Assembly (NCBI GenBank): GCA_036675265.1
Contig: JAKFFJ010000016.1
Span: forward strand, 125-64,124
Length of the DNA stretch: 64,000 nucleotides
Direction: 5' to 3'
From: Luteimonas sp.
GTDB lineage: Bacteria; Pseudomonadota; Gammaproteobacteria; Xanthomonadales; Xanthomonadaceae
In this document: positions 39,351 to 48,051 of the stretch, piece after piece
How positions within the stretch are numbered: the first letter of the stretch is position 1
How the letters are laid out: each line of letters opens with the position of its first letter
Translations under genes and position numbers: made by a program
Notes under the pieces: generated by a model
What the model was told of the DNA's origin: nothing
The model's input: the letters and a program-made list of their open reading frames with translations, nothing else
Database searches by the model: none

Positions 39351-39866
39351 ATGAACGCCACAACCCGTGCCATGACGATTGCGCTGCTCTGCATCGCGGC
39401 CGTCGCCTGTACCAAGAAGGTCAAGGAGGCCCCTCCGGTCACCGATACCGACACGACCCCGCCGGTCACCCAGCCGGTCGACGCCGCCCCCGGCGCCTAC
39501 ACGCCCGATGACCTGGACACCGATGCCTGCCTGCGCACCCGCGTGGTGTACTTCGACTTCGACCAGGCCATGATCCGTCCGGAGTTCACGGCGGCGATGG
39601 CCTGCCACGCGAAGTACCTGCGTGACCGTCCGTCGGCGCGCATGAACCTGGAAGGCAACGCCGACGAGCGCGGCAGCCGCGAGTACAACCTCGGTCTCGG
39701 CGAGCGTCGCGGCAACGCCGTGTCGTCCGCGCTGCAGGCCAATGGCGGCTCCGCCGGCCAGGTCAGCGTGATCAGCTACGGCGAGGAACGCCCGGTCTGC
39801 ACCGAGTCCACCGAGGACTGCTGGGCCCGCAACCGCCGCGTCGAGATCGTCTACACGGTCAAGTAA
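39351..39866 (+). CDS. pal: Peptidoglycan-associated lipoprotein Pal
   Basis: Lipobox AAVAC and an OmpA-like domain (VYFDFDQAMIRPE, GNADERGSREYNLGLGERR, NRRVEIVY). Confidence 0.93.
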   Translation: MNATTRAMTIALLCIAAVACTKKVKEAPPVTDTDTTPPVTQPVDAAPGAYTPDDLDTDACLRTRVVYFDFDQAMIRPEFTAAMACHAKYLRDRPSARMNLEGNADERGSREYNLGLGERRGNAVSSALQANGGSAGQVSVISYGEERPVCTESTEDCWARNRRVEIVYTVK

Positions 39867-39880
39867 GCGCGCCATCCGCC

Positions 39881-39914
39881 CGGCCGCCGGCCACCGCCGG
39901 CGGCCGCGGCGTTT
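39881..39914 (+). terminator. GC-rich stem-loop after pal (weak intrinsic terminator or attenuator)
   Basis: Perfect 10-bp stem CGGCCGCCGG / CCGGCGGCCG with a 6-nt loop. It is followed after 5 nt by only TTT. cpoB follows, so it may be partial. Confidence 0.35.
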
Positions 39915-39994
39915 CCGGCAGGCGGCCCCGGGGAGGGCGGCGATACAGGCCGGACCGGTTACATTTGCGCGGCCGCCCAAAGACCAACACCACC

Positions 39995-40783
39995 ATGTCT
40001 ATGCGCACGCTCCGCATCGCAACCCTCGCCACCTGCCTGCTCGCGGCGCTGCCGGTCTCGGCACAGCGCGCGAGCCTGGCCGACCGCGTCGCGGCGCTCG
40101 AGCGCCAGGCGGCCGCGCCCCAGGGCAATGTCGAGCTCCTCAACCAGATCACGCTGCTGCGCAACGAACTGCAGGCGCTCCGTGCCCAGATCGAGGAACT
40201 GCAGCGCCAGCAGCAGGTCCAGGCCGACAATGCCCGCAGCCAGTACCTCGACCTGGACGGTCGGCTGGTGCGGCTCGAGGGCGGGGCGCCCGCGCCGTCC
40301 GCCGCGGTGATCGAAGTGCCGGCCGACACGGGCTCCGCCCAGTCCCCGCCGCCCGGGACGATCGTCGAAGCGGTGCCGGTGCCCGGCACCGGCGGCGCCG
40401 GCGAGGAAGACGCCTACCTGGCGGCCTTCGACCAACTCAAGCGCGGCGACTACGTCGCTTCCGCGCGCGCGTTCGAGGAATTCCTGGTCCACCACCCCGG
40501 TGGCACCTACGCACCCAACGCGTTGTACTGGCTGGGCGAGAGCTATTACGTCACCCAGAACTACGCGATGGCCGAACGGCAGTTCCAAGCCGTGGTCGAC
40601 CGCTTCCCGGCGCACGACAAGGCCGCCGGCGCGCTGCTCAAGGTCGGGCTGTCGCAATACGGGCAGGACGCGTTCGAGGCGGCGGCCGCGACGCTGGCCG
40701 AGGTGGTGGACCGCTATCCGGGCACGGACGTCGCGCGGACCGCCGAGGATGCGCTGCGCTCGATGCGGCTGAACGCGCTGTAG
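39995..40783 (+). CDS. cpoB: Cell division coordinator CpoB (YbgF)
   Basis: Signal peptide, an N-terminal coiled coil (LERQAAAPQGNVELLNQITLLRNELQALRAQIEELQRQQ) and C-terminal TPR repeats. Position after pal. Confidence 0.85.
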   Translation: MSMRTLRIATLATCLLAALPVSAQRASLADRVAALERQAAAPQGNVELLNQITLLRNELQALRAQIEELQRQQQVQADNARSQYLDLDGRLVRLEGGAPAPSAAVIEVPADTGSAQSPPPGTIVEAVPVPGTGGAGEEDAYLAAFDQLKRGDYVASARAFEEFLVHHPGGTYAPNALYWLGESYYVTQNYAMAERQFQAVVDRFPAHDKAAGALLKVGLSQYGQDAFEAAAATLAEVVDRYPGTDVARTAEDALRSMRLNAL

Positions 40784-41467
40784 GTGGACGCCGTCCCGAC
40801 CGATGCGGCTTCGGCCGCTGCCGCGGCGGATCGCCTCAAGATCGCGGAAATATTCCTGTCGTTGCAGGGCGAAGCCCGCGATGCCGGGTGGCCGACGGTG
40901 TTCGTGCGGCTGACCGGCTGTCCGTTGCGCTGCCAGTACTGCGATACGGCCTACGCCTTCCACGGCGGGCAATGGCGCGACATCGACGGGATCCTCGGCG
41001 AAGTCGCGGCGCACGGCGTGCGCCATGTCTGCGTCACCGGCGGCGAACCGCTGGCCCAGAAGCGATGCCTCTCGCTGCTGGCGAGGCTGTGCGATGCAGG
41101 ACATGCGGTGTCGCTCGAGACGTCGGGTGCGATCGACATCGCCGCGGTCGATCCGCGCGTGTCCCGGGTGCTCGACATCAAGACGCCGGGTTCGGGGGAA
41201 GTGCAGCGCAACCTGTGGGAGAACCTGCCGCTGCTCACGCGCCATGACCAGGTGAAGTTCGTGCTGTGCTCGCGCGAGGACTACGAGTGGGCGAAGGCGG
41301 TGGTCGCCGAACGACGGCTGGACGAGACCTGCGACGTCCTGTTCTCCCCGAGCAAGGCCGAACTGGCGCCAACCACGCTCGCCGACTGGATCGTTGCCGA
41401 CCGGTTGCCCGTGCGTTTCCAGGTCCAGTTGCACAAGCTGCTCTGGAACGACGAGCCGGGCCGATGA
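40784..41467 (+). CDS. queE: 7-carboxy-7-deazaguanine synthase QueE
   Basis: [33 protein letters not shown] (radical SAM CxxxCxxC). The GTG start is assumed, as there is no nearby ATG. Confidence 0.88.
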   Translation: MDAVPTDAASAAAAADRLKIAEIFLSLQGEARDAGWPTVFVRLTGCPLRCQYCDTAYAFHGGQWRDIDGILGEVAAHGVRHVCVTGGEPLAQKRCLSLLARLCDAGHAVSLETSGAIDIAAVDPRVSRVLDIKTPGSGEVQRNLWENLPLLTRHDQVKFVLCSREDYEWAKAVVAERRLDETCDVLFSPSKAELAPTTLADWIVADRLPVRFQVQLHKLLWNDEPGR

Positions 41468-42156
41468 GCATGCGCCGGGCCGTGGTGCTGGTGTCGGGCG
41501 GCATGGATTCGGCGGTCGTGCTGGCGATCGCGCGCGAACAGGGCTTCGCCTGCCACGCGCTGAGCGTCGCCTACGGCCAGCGGCACACCTCGGAACTGGA
41601 CGCCGCCAAGCGGGTCGCCGGCGCGCTCGGCGCGATCGAGCACAAGACGGTCGTGGTGGACCTGCGCAGCATCGGCGGGTCGGCGCTCACCGACGAGCGG
41701 ATCGACGTGCCACTGGACGACGATGGCCACGTGATCGGGGCCGACATCCCCGTCACGTATGTTCCGGCGCGCAACACGATCATGCTGTCGGTCGCACTGG
41801 GGTGGGCGGAAGTACTGGGCGCGGCCGACATCTTCTGCGGCGTCAACGCCGTCGACTATTCGGGCTACCCGGACTGCCGGCCCGAGTTCGTCGACGCGTT
41901 CGAGCGGCTGGCGAACCTGGCCACCCGCGCGGGCGTGGAGGGCGCGGGCCTGCGCGTGCACGCGCCGTTGCAACGCATGGGCAAGGACGCGATCGTGCGC
42001 GAGGGCCTGCGCCTGGGCGTCGACTTCGCCGCCACGGTGTCGTGCTATCGCGCCGATGGCGACGGTCGCGCCTGCAGGCACTGCGATGCGTGCCGGTTGC
42101 GGGCGGACGGGTTCGCCGCCGCCGGCGTGGAAGACCCGACGCATTACGCGCCCTGA
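41464..42156 (+). CDS. queC: 7-cyano-7-deazaguanine synthase QueC
   Basis: [13 protein letters not shown] (PP-loop) and the C-terminal zinc-binding CxxCxxC ([11 protein letters not shown]). The ATG overlaps the queE stop. Confidence 0.93.
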   Translation: MSMRRAVVLVSGGMDSAVVLAIAREQGFACHALSVAYGQRHTSELDAAKRVAGALGAIEHKTVVVDLRSIGGSALTDERIDVPLDDDGHVIGADIPVTYVPARNTIMLSVALGWAEVLGAADIFCGVNAVDYSGYPDCRPEFVDAFERLANLATRAGVEGAGLRVHAPLQRMGKDAIVREGLRLGVDFAATVSCYRADGDGRACRHCDACRLRADGFAAAGVEDPTHYAP

Positions 42157-42175
42157 GCTAGAATCCGCACCCCGT

Positions 42176-42251
42176 GGGCCGTTAGCTCAGTTGGTAGAGC
42201 ATCGGACTTTTAATCCGCTGGTCGATGGTTCGAATCCATCACGGCCCACCA
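42176..42251 (+). tRNA. tRNA-Lys (anticodon UUU)
   Basis: GGGCCGTTAGCTCAGTTGGTAGAGCATCGGACTTTTAATCCGCTGGTCGATGGTTCGAATCCATCACGGCCCACCA. It folds as a cloverleaf: acceptor GGGCCGT/ACGGCCC, T arm GATGG/CCATC, anticodon loop CTTTTAA, encoded CCA. A TAGAAT -10-like hexamer lies 12 nt upstream. Confidence 0.97.
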
Positions 42252-42258
42252 TTCCTGG

Positions 42259-44151
42259 TCAGTGACGACCGTTCGCCGGCGTGAAGTCGACCCGGCGCCG
42301 TTCGACGATGCGTTCGCCGGTGACGCGGCCTTCCACGAGTTCGTACCCCAGGAGCGCGAACACCCGGTCGCCGATGAAGATGGGGCGGGCGTTGCCGTAC
42401 CAGTCGACGCAGCTCGCCCGGCATCCGTCGTCGACCTCCGCGGCGGCGGCGGAATCCAGGCGGCCCAGGCCGGCCAGCCGCAACGCGCGGTTGCGCAGGT
42501 AGAGGACGGACGCGGACAGGCGGCCATCGCCGTAGCGCAGGATCGGCAGGCCCGCGATGCCGGTGTCGTCCGAATCGGGCTTGTAGAAGAAGCCGTGCGA
42601 ACGGTCTTCGCCTTGCGCGGCGTTGCGCTGGACGAACACGCTGGCGGCGCCCGCATGGTCGTCCAGCCCCACGCTGGTGAAATGCAGGTCGGGCCCGCGT
42701 GAGCCGACCAGGATCGCGTCCGTGCCCATCGCGTCGATGCGCGCCAGTCCATGCCCCAGCCTGATCGCCTGGATCGGGCCGTCCCCGGCATAACGCAGGG
42801 CATGCGCGGTCTGGGTGTCCGTGCCGTGGCGCCATGCGCCGCCGTAGACCAGCCAGTCGCCGATGAACCGGTTGTGCAGGTTGTACCGGTCGCCGTCGCC
42901 CGGGGGCAGCAGCCTGTAGGCGTCGTGCCCGGCCGCGCCCGAGCCATCACCGAACGCGTCCAGCGGCACGCGCAGCAGGGCGAGGTCGCCGGCATTGCCA
43001 TGTTTGGCCCACATGCCTTCGCCGTCGCTCATGCTTCCGAGCAGGACGTTGAGGTGGCCGTCGCGTTGCAGGAACGACATCTGGTCGATCGGGCTGCCGG
43101 TGGCGCGCAGCCCGGTGGGCGCGGCGCCGTCGAGGGGGATGCGGAACACGGAAGAGGCGTCCGGGCCCTCCGGGTCCCACGGCGCCGCCCACACGTACAC
43201 CGAATCCTGCGACACGTAGAACACGCGGCCGCCCGGGCCCAGCACGGCCGTGGACTCGCACTGCATCGGCGTCGCGTCGAGCGCGCAGATGCTGACCGTA
43301 TGCAACGCCAGGTCGTAGGCATCGAGCGGTGCGGCGCTGCGATAGATGCGCGATGCAGGCAGGATCCGATGGAAGTCCGCGGGTGTCGCGCCGGTGCGCC
43401 AGCGGCGCAGCGCCGGCGTGAACGCGGCGGGGTCGAGGTCATGGGTGTCGAAGTGCAGGGGCGTGTAGAACACCAGCTTGTCGCCGACCAGGCGGCTGGC
43501 GTAGTTGTTGGCGGAGTAGTAGTCGTTGCCGCGCAACTGGTACGTGTCGCGGTACGAGATGTCGCCGTCCGCGCCGAGGTCGAACAGCCCGATCTCGGTA
43601 CCACCGCGCTCGTAGCTGTAACCGATCACCACGATGGTGCCGTCGCCGATGAGCATCTCGTCGTACCAGGTGCCCCGCGGATCGACGTTCGGCCCGTACG
43701 CGTCCACCGCGTCGACCTCGCGCAGGCCGTCGCCGCCGACGGCCAGGGTGAAGAGCCGGCCGCGACGCAGGACCACCAGGTAATCGCCGTGTTTCTTGAC
43801 GATCCCGCCCTCGTCGACGCCCTGGGTCTGGACGTTGGTGATGGCATCCGGGTCGGCCGGCGTGCCGGTGACCTGGACGCTGTCGAATGACGGCTCACCG
43901 GGAGGCGGGGCTGCCGATGGCGCGGGCGGCGCCGCCGGCGGCGGGGGAATCGCGCCGGTGATCTGCGGCAGGTGCTCGCGTGCACGGCGGGCGCGCTCGC
44001 GTTCCTGGGCGGCACGGAGGTCCTCCAGGTAGGCGCGGAACTCGGCCTCGTCGGAAAACGGCTCGAGCGTGTCGCCGTCGGCGGCACGGACGTCGTGGAA
44101 CCCCACGGCGCATGCGAACAGGGCGACGAGAGTGAACCGGAATGGCGACAT
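42259..44151 (-). CDS. Secreted beta-propeller domain protein (PF09826-like), function unknown
   Basis: 630 aa. Signal peptide MSPFRFTLVALFACAVGFHDVRA. Segments FYVSQDSVYVW, SPIDQMSFLQRDGHLNVLL and NRFIGDWLVYG resemble the Beta_propel family pattern. Assigned from memory of the family, not from a search. Confidence 0.55.
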   Translation of the reverse strand: MSPFRFTLVALFACAVGFHDVRAADGDTLEPFSDEAEFRAYLEDLRAAQERERARRAREHLPQITGAIPPPPAAPPAPSAAPPPGEPSFDSVQVTGTPADPDAITNVQTQGVDEGGIVKKHGDYLVVLRRGRLFTLAVGGDGLREVDAVDAYGPNVDPRGTWYDEMLIGDGTIVVIGYSYERGGTEIGLFDLGADGDISYRDTYQLRGNDYYSANNYASRLVGDKLVFYTPLHFDTHDLDPAAFTPALRRWRTGATPADFHRILPASRIYRSAAPLDAYDLALHTVSICALDATPMQCESTAVLGPGGRVFYVSQDSVYVWAAPWDPEGPDASSVFRIPLDGAAPTGLRATGSPIDQMSFLQRDGHLNVLLGSMSDGEGMWAKHGNAGDLALLRVPLDAFGDGSGAAGHDAYRLLPPGDGDRYNLHNRFIGDWLVYGGAWRHGTDTQTAHALRYAGDGPIQAIRLGHGLARIDAMGTDAILVGSRGPDLHFTSVGLDDHAGAASVFVQRNAAQGEDRSHGFFYKPDSDDTGIAGLPILRYGDGRLSASVLYLRNRALRLAGLGRLDSAAAAEVDDGCRASCVDWYGNARPIFIGDRVFALLGYELVEGRVTGERIVERRRVDFTPANGRH

Positions 44152-44229
44152 GGGATCCCCTGGACGAGATGACCGGGATGGTCGACGGTGCTGGTTGTGG
44201 TTACGTGTTTCGCGGCCAGGACCGGCCGA

Positions 44230-46101
44230 TCATGCCATGGCTCCGCCGACCGCCTGCCGCGCCGTCGCGAGCGCTTCCAGCACCTCGGCACCATAGCGCT
44301 CGAGCTTGCGGTCGCCGACCCCGTTGATGTCGCGGAGGGCCGCGAGTCCGGCAGGATCCGCGAGCGCGATCGCGCGCAGCGTCGCATCGTGGAAGATCAC
44401 GTAGGCCGGGACGTTCTGTTCGCGCGCCGCCCCGGCGCGCCATTCGCGCAACGCATCGAAGCGGCCCGATGCCTCGGCCGGCAGGTCCGCCAGTGGGGCG
44501 TCCGCCCTGCGTCCGGCGCGACTGCGCTTCCGGTCCCGCGCGGGGGGTTCCAGTCGCATCGACAGGGTGCGCCGGCCCTTCAGCACGTCCTCGCTCGCCG
44601 CGGTCAGTCGCAACGCACCGTGCCCCTCGACATCGACGTCGAGGACGCCCGCGGCCACCAGTTGCCGGAAGATGCTGCGCCACTGGCCGGCATCGAGGTC
44701 CGCGCCGATGCCGTAGGTGCTGAGCGCGTCATGCCCGAACTGGCGGGCCTTTGCGGTGTCCGCGCCCCGCAGCACGTCGACCAGGTGCGCCGCACCGAAC
44801 CGTTGGCCGGTCCGGTACACGCAGGACAGCGCCTTCTGCGCGGCGACCGTGCCGTCCCAGGTCGCGGGGGGCTGCAGGCAGTTGTCGCAGTTGCCGCACT
44901 GCCCCGGGTGCGACTCGCCGAAATACGCCAGCAACTGCTGGCGCCGGCAGGCCGTCGACTCGCAGTAGCCCAGCAGGGCATCGAGCTTGCGTCGCTCCAG
45001 GCGCTTGCGTTCCTCGCCCGCATCGCCGTCCTCGATCATCCGCCGCAACAGCACCGCGTCGCCCAGGCCGTAGGCCAGCCAGGCGTCGGCCGGATCGCCG
45101 TCGCGCCCGGCGCGGCCGGTCTCCTGGTAATAGCCCTCGATCGACTTGGGCAGGTCCAGGTGCGCCACGAAGCGCACGTCCGGCTTGTCGATGCCCATGC
45201 CGAACGCGATGGTCGCGACCATCACCACGCCGTCCTCCTGGAGGAACCGGCGCTGGTTGGCGGCCCGCACGCCTGCATCCAGGCCCGCGTGGTACGGCAG
45301 CGCCTTGAACCCCTGTGCCGCCAGGTATTCCGCCGTCGCATCGACCTTCCGGCGGGACAGGCAGTACACGATGCCGCTGGCGCCTCGCCGCTCCTCCAGG
45401 AAGGCCAGCAGTTGCCGCCGCCCGTCCTCCTTCGAGGCCACGCCGTAACGGATGTTGGGCCGGTCGAAGGACCCCACGAACGTTCGGGCGTCCTCCAGCC
45501 GGAGCCGCTCGACGATCTCGCGCCGGGTCGGGGTATCGGCGGTGGCCGTCAACGCGATCCGCGGCACCTCCGGCCAGCGTTCGTGCAGCACGGTGAGCTC
45601 GCGGTATTCCGGCCGGAAGTCATGGCCCCATTGCGAGACGCAATGCGCCTCGTCGATCGCGAACAGGGCAATCCGGGACTGGTCCAGCAGGCCCAGGAAC
45701 CGGGGCGTCAGCAGGCGTTCGGGGGCGACGTAGAGCAGCTCCAGCGCGCCGTCCAGGAGCTGGCGCTCGACGGACGCGGCCTCGCTGGCCGACAGGCTGG
45801 AATTGAGGCAGGCGGCCGCGACGCCGAGCTGTCGCAGGGCCTCCACCTGGTCCTGCATGAGCGCGATGAGCGGCGAGACGACGATGCCTGTGCCTGGCCG
45901 GAGCAGGGCAGGCAACTGATAGCACAGGGATTTTCCGCCGCCGGTCGGCATCAGCACCAGTGCGTCGCGGCCCTCGATGAGACAATCGACGACCGCCGCC
46001 TGGTCACCCCGGAACTGGGCGAAGCCGAAAATGTGACGCAGTTCCCGAAGTGGGCTTCCGGTCGTCAGGGGAGCGACGGAAACGTGATCTGAATCACGCA
46101 T
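44230..46101 (-). CDS. recQ: ATP-dependent DNA helicase RecQ
   Basis: [59 protein letters not shown], a zinc-binding [12 protein letters not shown]...CGNCDNC, and a C-terminal HRDC domain. 623 aa. Confidence 0.95.
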   Translation of the reverse strand: MRDSDHVSVAPLTTGSPLRELRHIFGFAQFRGDQAAVVDCLIEGRDALVLMPTGGGKSLCYQLPALLRPGTGIVVSPLIALMQDQVEALRQLGVAAACLNSSLSASEAASVERQLLDGALELLYVAPERLLTPRFLGLLDQSRIALFAIDEAHCVSQWGHDFRPEYRELTVLHERWPEVPRIALTATADTPTRREIVERLRLEDARTFVGSFDRPNIRYGVASKEDGRRQLLAFLEERRGASGIVYCLSRRKVDATAEYLAAQGFKALPYHAGLDAGVRAANQRRFLQEDGVVMVATIAFGMGIDKPDVRFVAHLDLPKSIEGYYQETGRAGRDGDPADAWLAYGLGDAVLLRRMIEDGDAGEERKRLERRKLDALLGYCESTACRRQQLLAYFGESHPGQCGNCDNCLQPPATWDGTVAAQKALSCVYRTGQRFGAAHLVDVLRGADTAKARQFGHDALSTYGIGADLDAGQWRSIFRQLVAAGVLDVDVEGHGALRLTAASEDVLKGRRTLSMRLEPPARDRKRSRAGRRADAPLADLPAEASGRFDALREWRAGAAREQNVPAYVIFHDATLRAIALADPAGLAALRDINGVGDRKLERYGAEVLEALATARQAVGGAMA

Positions 46102-46142
46102 TTGCGGGGTATTCCATTCATGTTACCGGATGGATTTCACGT

Positions 46143-46171
46143 TTGACATAGTGCTAAAGTCACGTTTAACG
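46143..46171 (+). promoter_or_regulatory. Candidate sigma70 promoter for the DUF11 cluster
   Basis: TTGACA-N17-TTAACG lies in an unusually AT-rich spacer. It overlaps an 11-nt direct repeat TCACGTTT(G/A)AC at 46137 and 46160. The -10 element is weak. Confidence 0.25.
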
Positions 46172-46326
46172 AAACCTTGACTTGTCCGTACGGGACCTGT
46201 CGGGGTGGGAAAAGGGGACCACTGCGACAGTCCGAGTGGGACGTCCGTCGCAGTCCGCGCAGGAGCGATCACCGTCAAGCAACCGACCGACGCATGGTCG
46301 GTGCTCAAGCAAGAGTGTGCCATCGC

Positions 46327-46824
46327 ATGAACACCATCGACGTACTCGGAATTGTTCGGAAGCAGCGGTGGGCGCTTGGCGCCGCCGCGTTGCTGTGCGC
46401 GGCCGTCGTCAATGCGCAAGGCGCTTTCGAGGTCAAGGGCGCGGTCTTCCAGGACATCGAAGTGCGGACCCCGGAAGGCGAGGTCGAGACGAAGCGCGTA
46501 CCGGTCGCGACCGTCGTGCCCGGCAATGAAGTGATCTACGAGATCACCTACGTCAACCAGGGCGATGCACCCATCACCGAGGTGGCCATCAACAATCCGG
46601 TGCCGCCGCAACTGGCGTTTGTCGACGTCGAAGGCGCCCCGTACACGGCGGTATCGGTGGACGGCGGGCAGGCCTTTGGCGCGCTGGCCGAGTTGACGGT
46701 TCCGGCGGACGACGGACGCGAGCGCCCGGCACAGCCCGCCGACGTCACCCATCTTCGCTGGGTGCTCGGCGTCGTCGCACCAGGCAGCAACGGGAAGGTC
46801 GCGTTCAGGGCCCGGGTCAAGTAA
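46327..46824 (+). CDS. Small secreted single-domain DUF11 (conserved repeat domain) protein
   Basis: 165 aa. Signal peptide RKQRWALGAAALLCAAVVNAQG. VVPGNEVIYEITYVNQGDAPITEVAINNPVPPQLAFV and the terminal GKVAFRARVK fit the DUF11/TIGR01451 pattern. An upstream alternative start lies at 46177. Confidence 0.7.
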   Translation: MNTIDVLGIVRKQRWALGAAALLCAAVVNAQGAFEVKGAVFQDIEVRTPEGEVETKRVPVATVVPGNEVIYEITYVNQGDAPITEVAINNPVPPQLAFVDVEGAPYTAVSVDGGQAFGALAELTVPADDGRERPAQPADVTHLRWVLGVVAPGSNGKVAFRARVK

Positions 46825-46897
46825 CCACTCCAGCACCACGCCACATCCATTCCGGTCGCGGAACACCGGTTGAGACACACCAGGGGGGAACCTTTAC

Positions 46898-47986
46898 ATG
46901 AAGCGGAATTCGATCAAGCTGCTGACCGCAGCCCTGCTCCTTGCGGGCGCACAGCAAGCCTTCGCCGAGGGCACCACGGCCGGCACCGACATCATCAGCA
47001 CCGCGACGGTCGACTACAAGATCAGTGGCGTGTCGCAGGCGACGTTGAATCCGACCTACACGCCCTTCGAGGTCGACCGCCGGGTCAACCTGACCGTCAC
47101 GCTCGACACGTTGACGAAGAATGTCGCGCCGAACGCGCAGGACCAGGTGCTGGAGTTCACGGTCACCAACGGCACCAACGATGTCATCGACGTCGGACTG
47201 GGGGTGCTGGGGGTGCTGAACGGTTCGGGCGACGATTTCGATCCGACCGGGTTGGCCTACTACGTCGAAAGCGGCGCGGTGGCCGGTTTCGATCCGACGG
47301 ACGTCAGCGCGGCGATCACGTATATCGACGAACTCGGCGCGGACCTGACGAAGAAGGTCTACGTCGTCGGCGACATTCCTGCCGGGCTCGCGGATGCGTT
47401 GACCGGCCAGGTCGTCCTGACGGCGACCGCCCTGGAGGGTGGTACCGGCAGCACCCAGGGTGCTGCCCTGGTAGCGGATACCGATGCCAATGATCCCGCG
47501 GTGGTCGAGAACGTGTTCGGCGACGCGCAAGGCGCGACGGACGGGGCCACTCCGGATGGCAAGCACAGTGCCGCTGGCACCTACACGGTCGACACGACGA
47601 CGATCAACGTCAGCAAGACCTCGACCGTCATCACCGACCCCTTCAACTTGACGACCAACCCCAAGGCGATTCCGGGCGCGACGATCCAGTTCTGCATCCT
47701 GGTGGATAACACCGGTGCGACTGCTGCCACCGAAGTCAAGGTCGACGACCCGATTCCCACCGGCACGACGTATGTCGCCCAGAGCATCAAGGTGGGCGTT
47801 GAGTGCAATACGTATGACACCACTGCGGTCGCCGAGGACGACGATACGACCGACACCGCCGGTGAGGAAACTGACGGCACCAGCGGGAGTTGGGATGGCT
47901 CGACGATCCACACGCAGGTGACCAACCTGAACGGTGCCACGAAAACGGCGACGATGTTCCGCGTCAAGATCAACGGAACACCCTGA
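46898..47986 (+). CDS. Secreted two-domain protein with C-terminal DUF11 domain (candidate fibre subunit)
   Basis: 362 aa. Signal peptide MKRNSIKLLTAALLLAGAQQAFA. RBS GGGGGGA. The C-terminal half (KTSTVITDP...NPKAIPGATIQFCILVDNTGATAATEVKVDDPIPTGTTY...MFRVKI) is DUF11-like. Thr/Asp/Gly-rich. Confidence 0.75.
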   Translation: MKRNSIKLLTAALLLAGAQQAFAEGTTAGTDIISTATVDYKISGVSQATLNPTYTPFEVDRRVNLTVTLDTLTKNVAPNAQDQVLEFTVTNGTNDVIDVGLGVLGVLNGSGDDFDPTGLAYYVESGAVAGFDPTDVSAAITYIDELGADLTKKVYVVGDIPAGLADALTGQVVLTATALEGGTGSTQGAALVADTDANDPAVVENVFGDAQGATDGATPDGKHSAAGTYTVDTTTINVSKTSTVITDPFNLTTNPKAIPGATIQFCILVDNTGATAATEVKVDDPIPTGTTYVAQSIKVGVECNTYDTTAVAEDDDTTDTAGEETDGTSGSWDGSTIHTQVTNLNGATKTATMFRVKINGTP

Positions 47987-48005
47987 CCGATCCCTGCGGT
48001 CCCTG

Positions 48006-48035
48006 GGTCTTTCGAGGCTGACGCCTCGAAGGACC
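48006..48035 (+). promoter_or_regulatory. Intercistronic 13-bp stem-loop between the 362-aa gene and the giant OMP gene
   Basis: GGTCTTTCGAGGC-TGAC-GCCTCGAAGGACC (one G.U pair). It starts 20 nt after the upstream stop and ends 17 nt before the next start. No U-tract follows. Confidence 0.5.
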
Positions 48036-48051
48036 GGACGCCGGTGCCCAT

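Noticed and set aside
42252-46101. Genomic island integrated at tRNA-Lys
   Set aside because: There is no integrase, no repeated tRNA 3' segment within the window and no compositional shift, and recQ is a core gene. Only a weak accessory-boundary hypothesis is retained.
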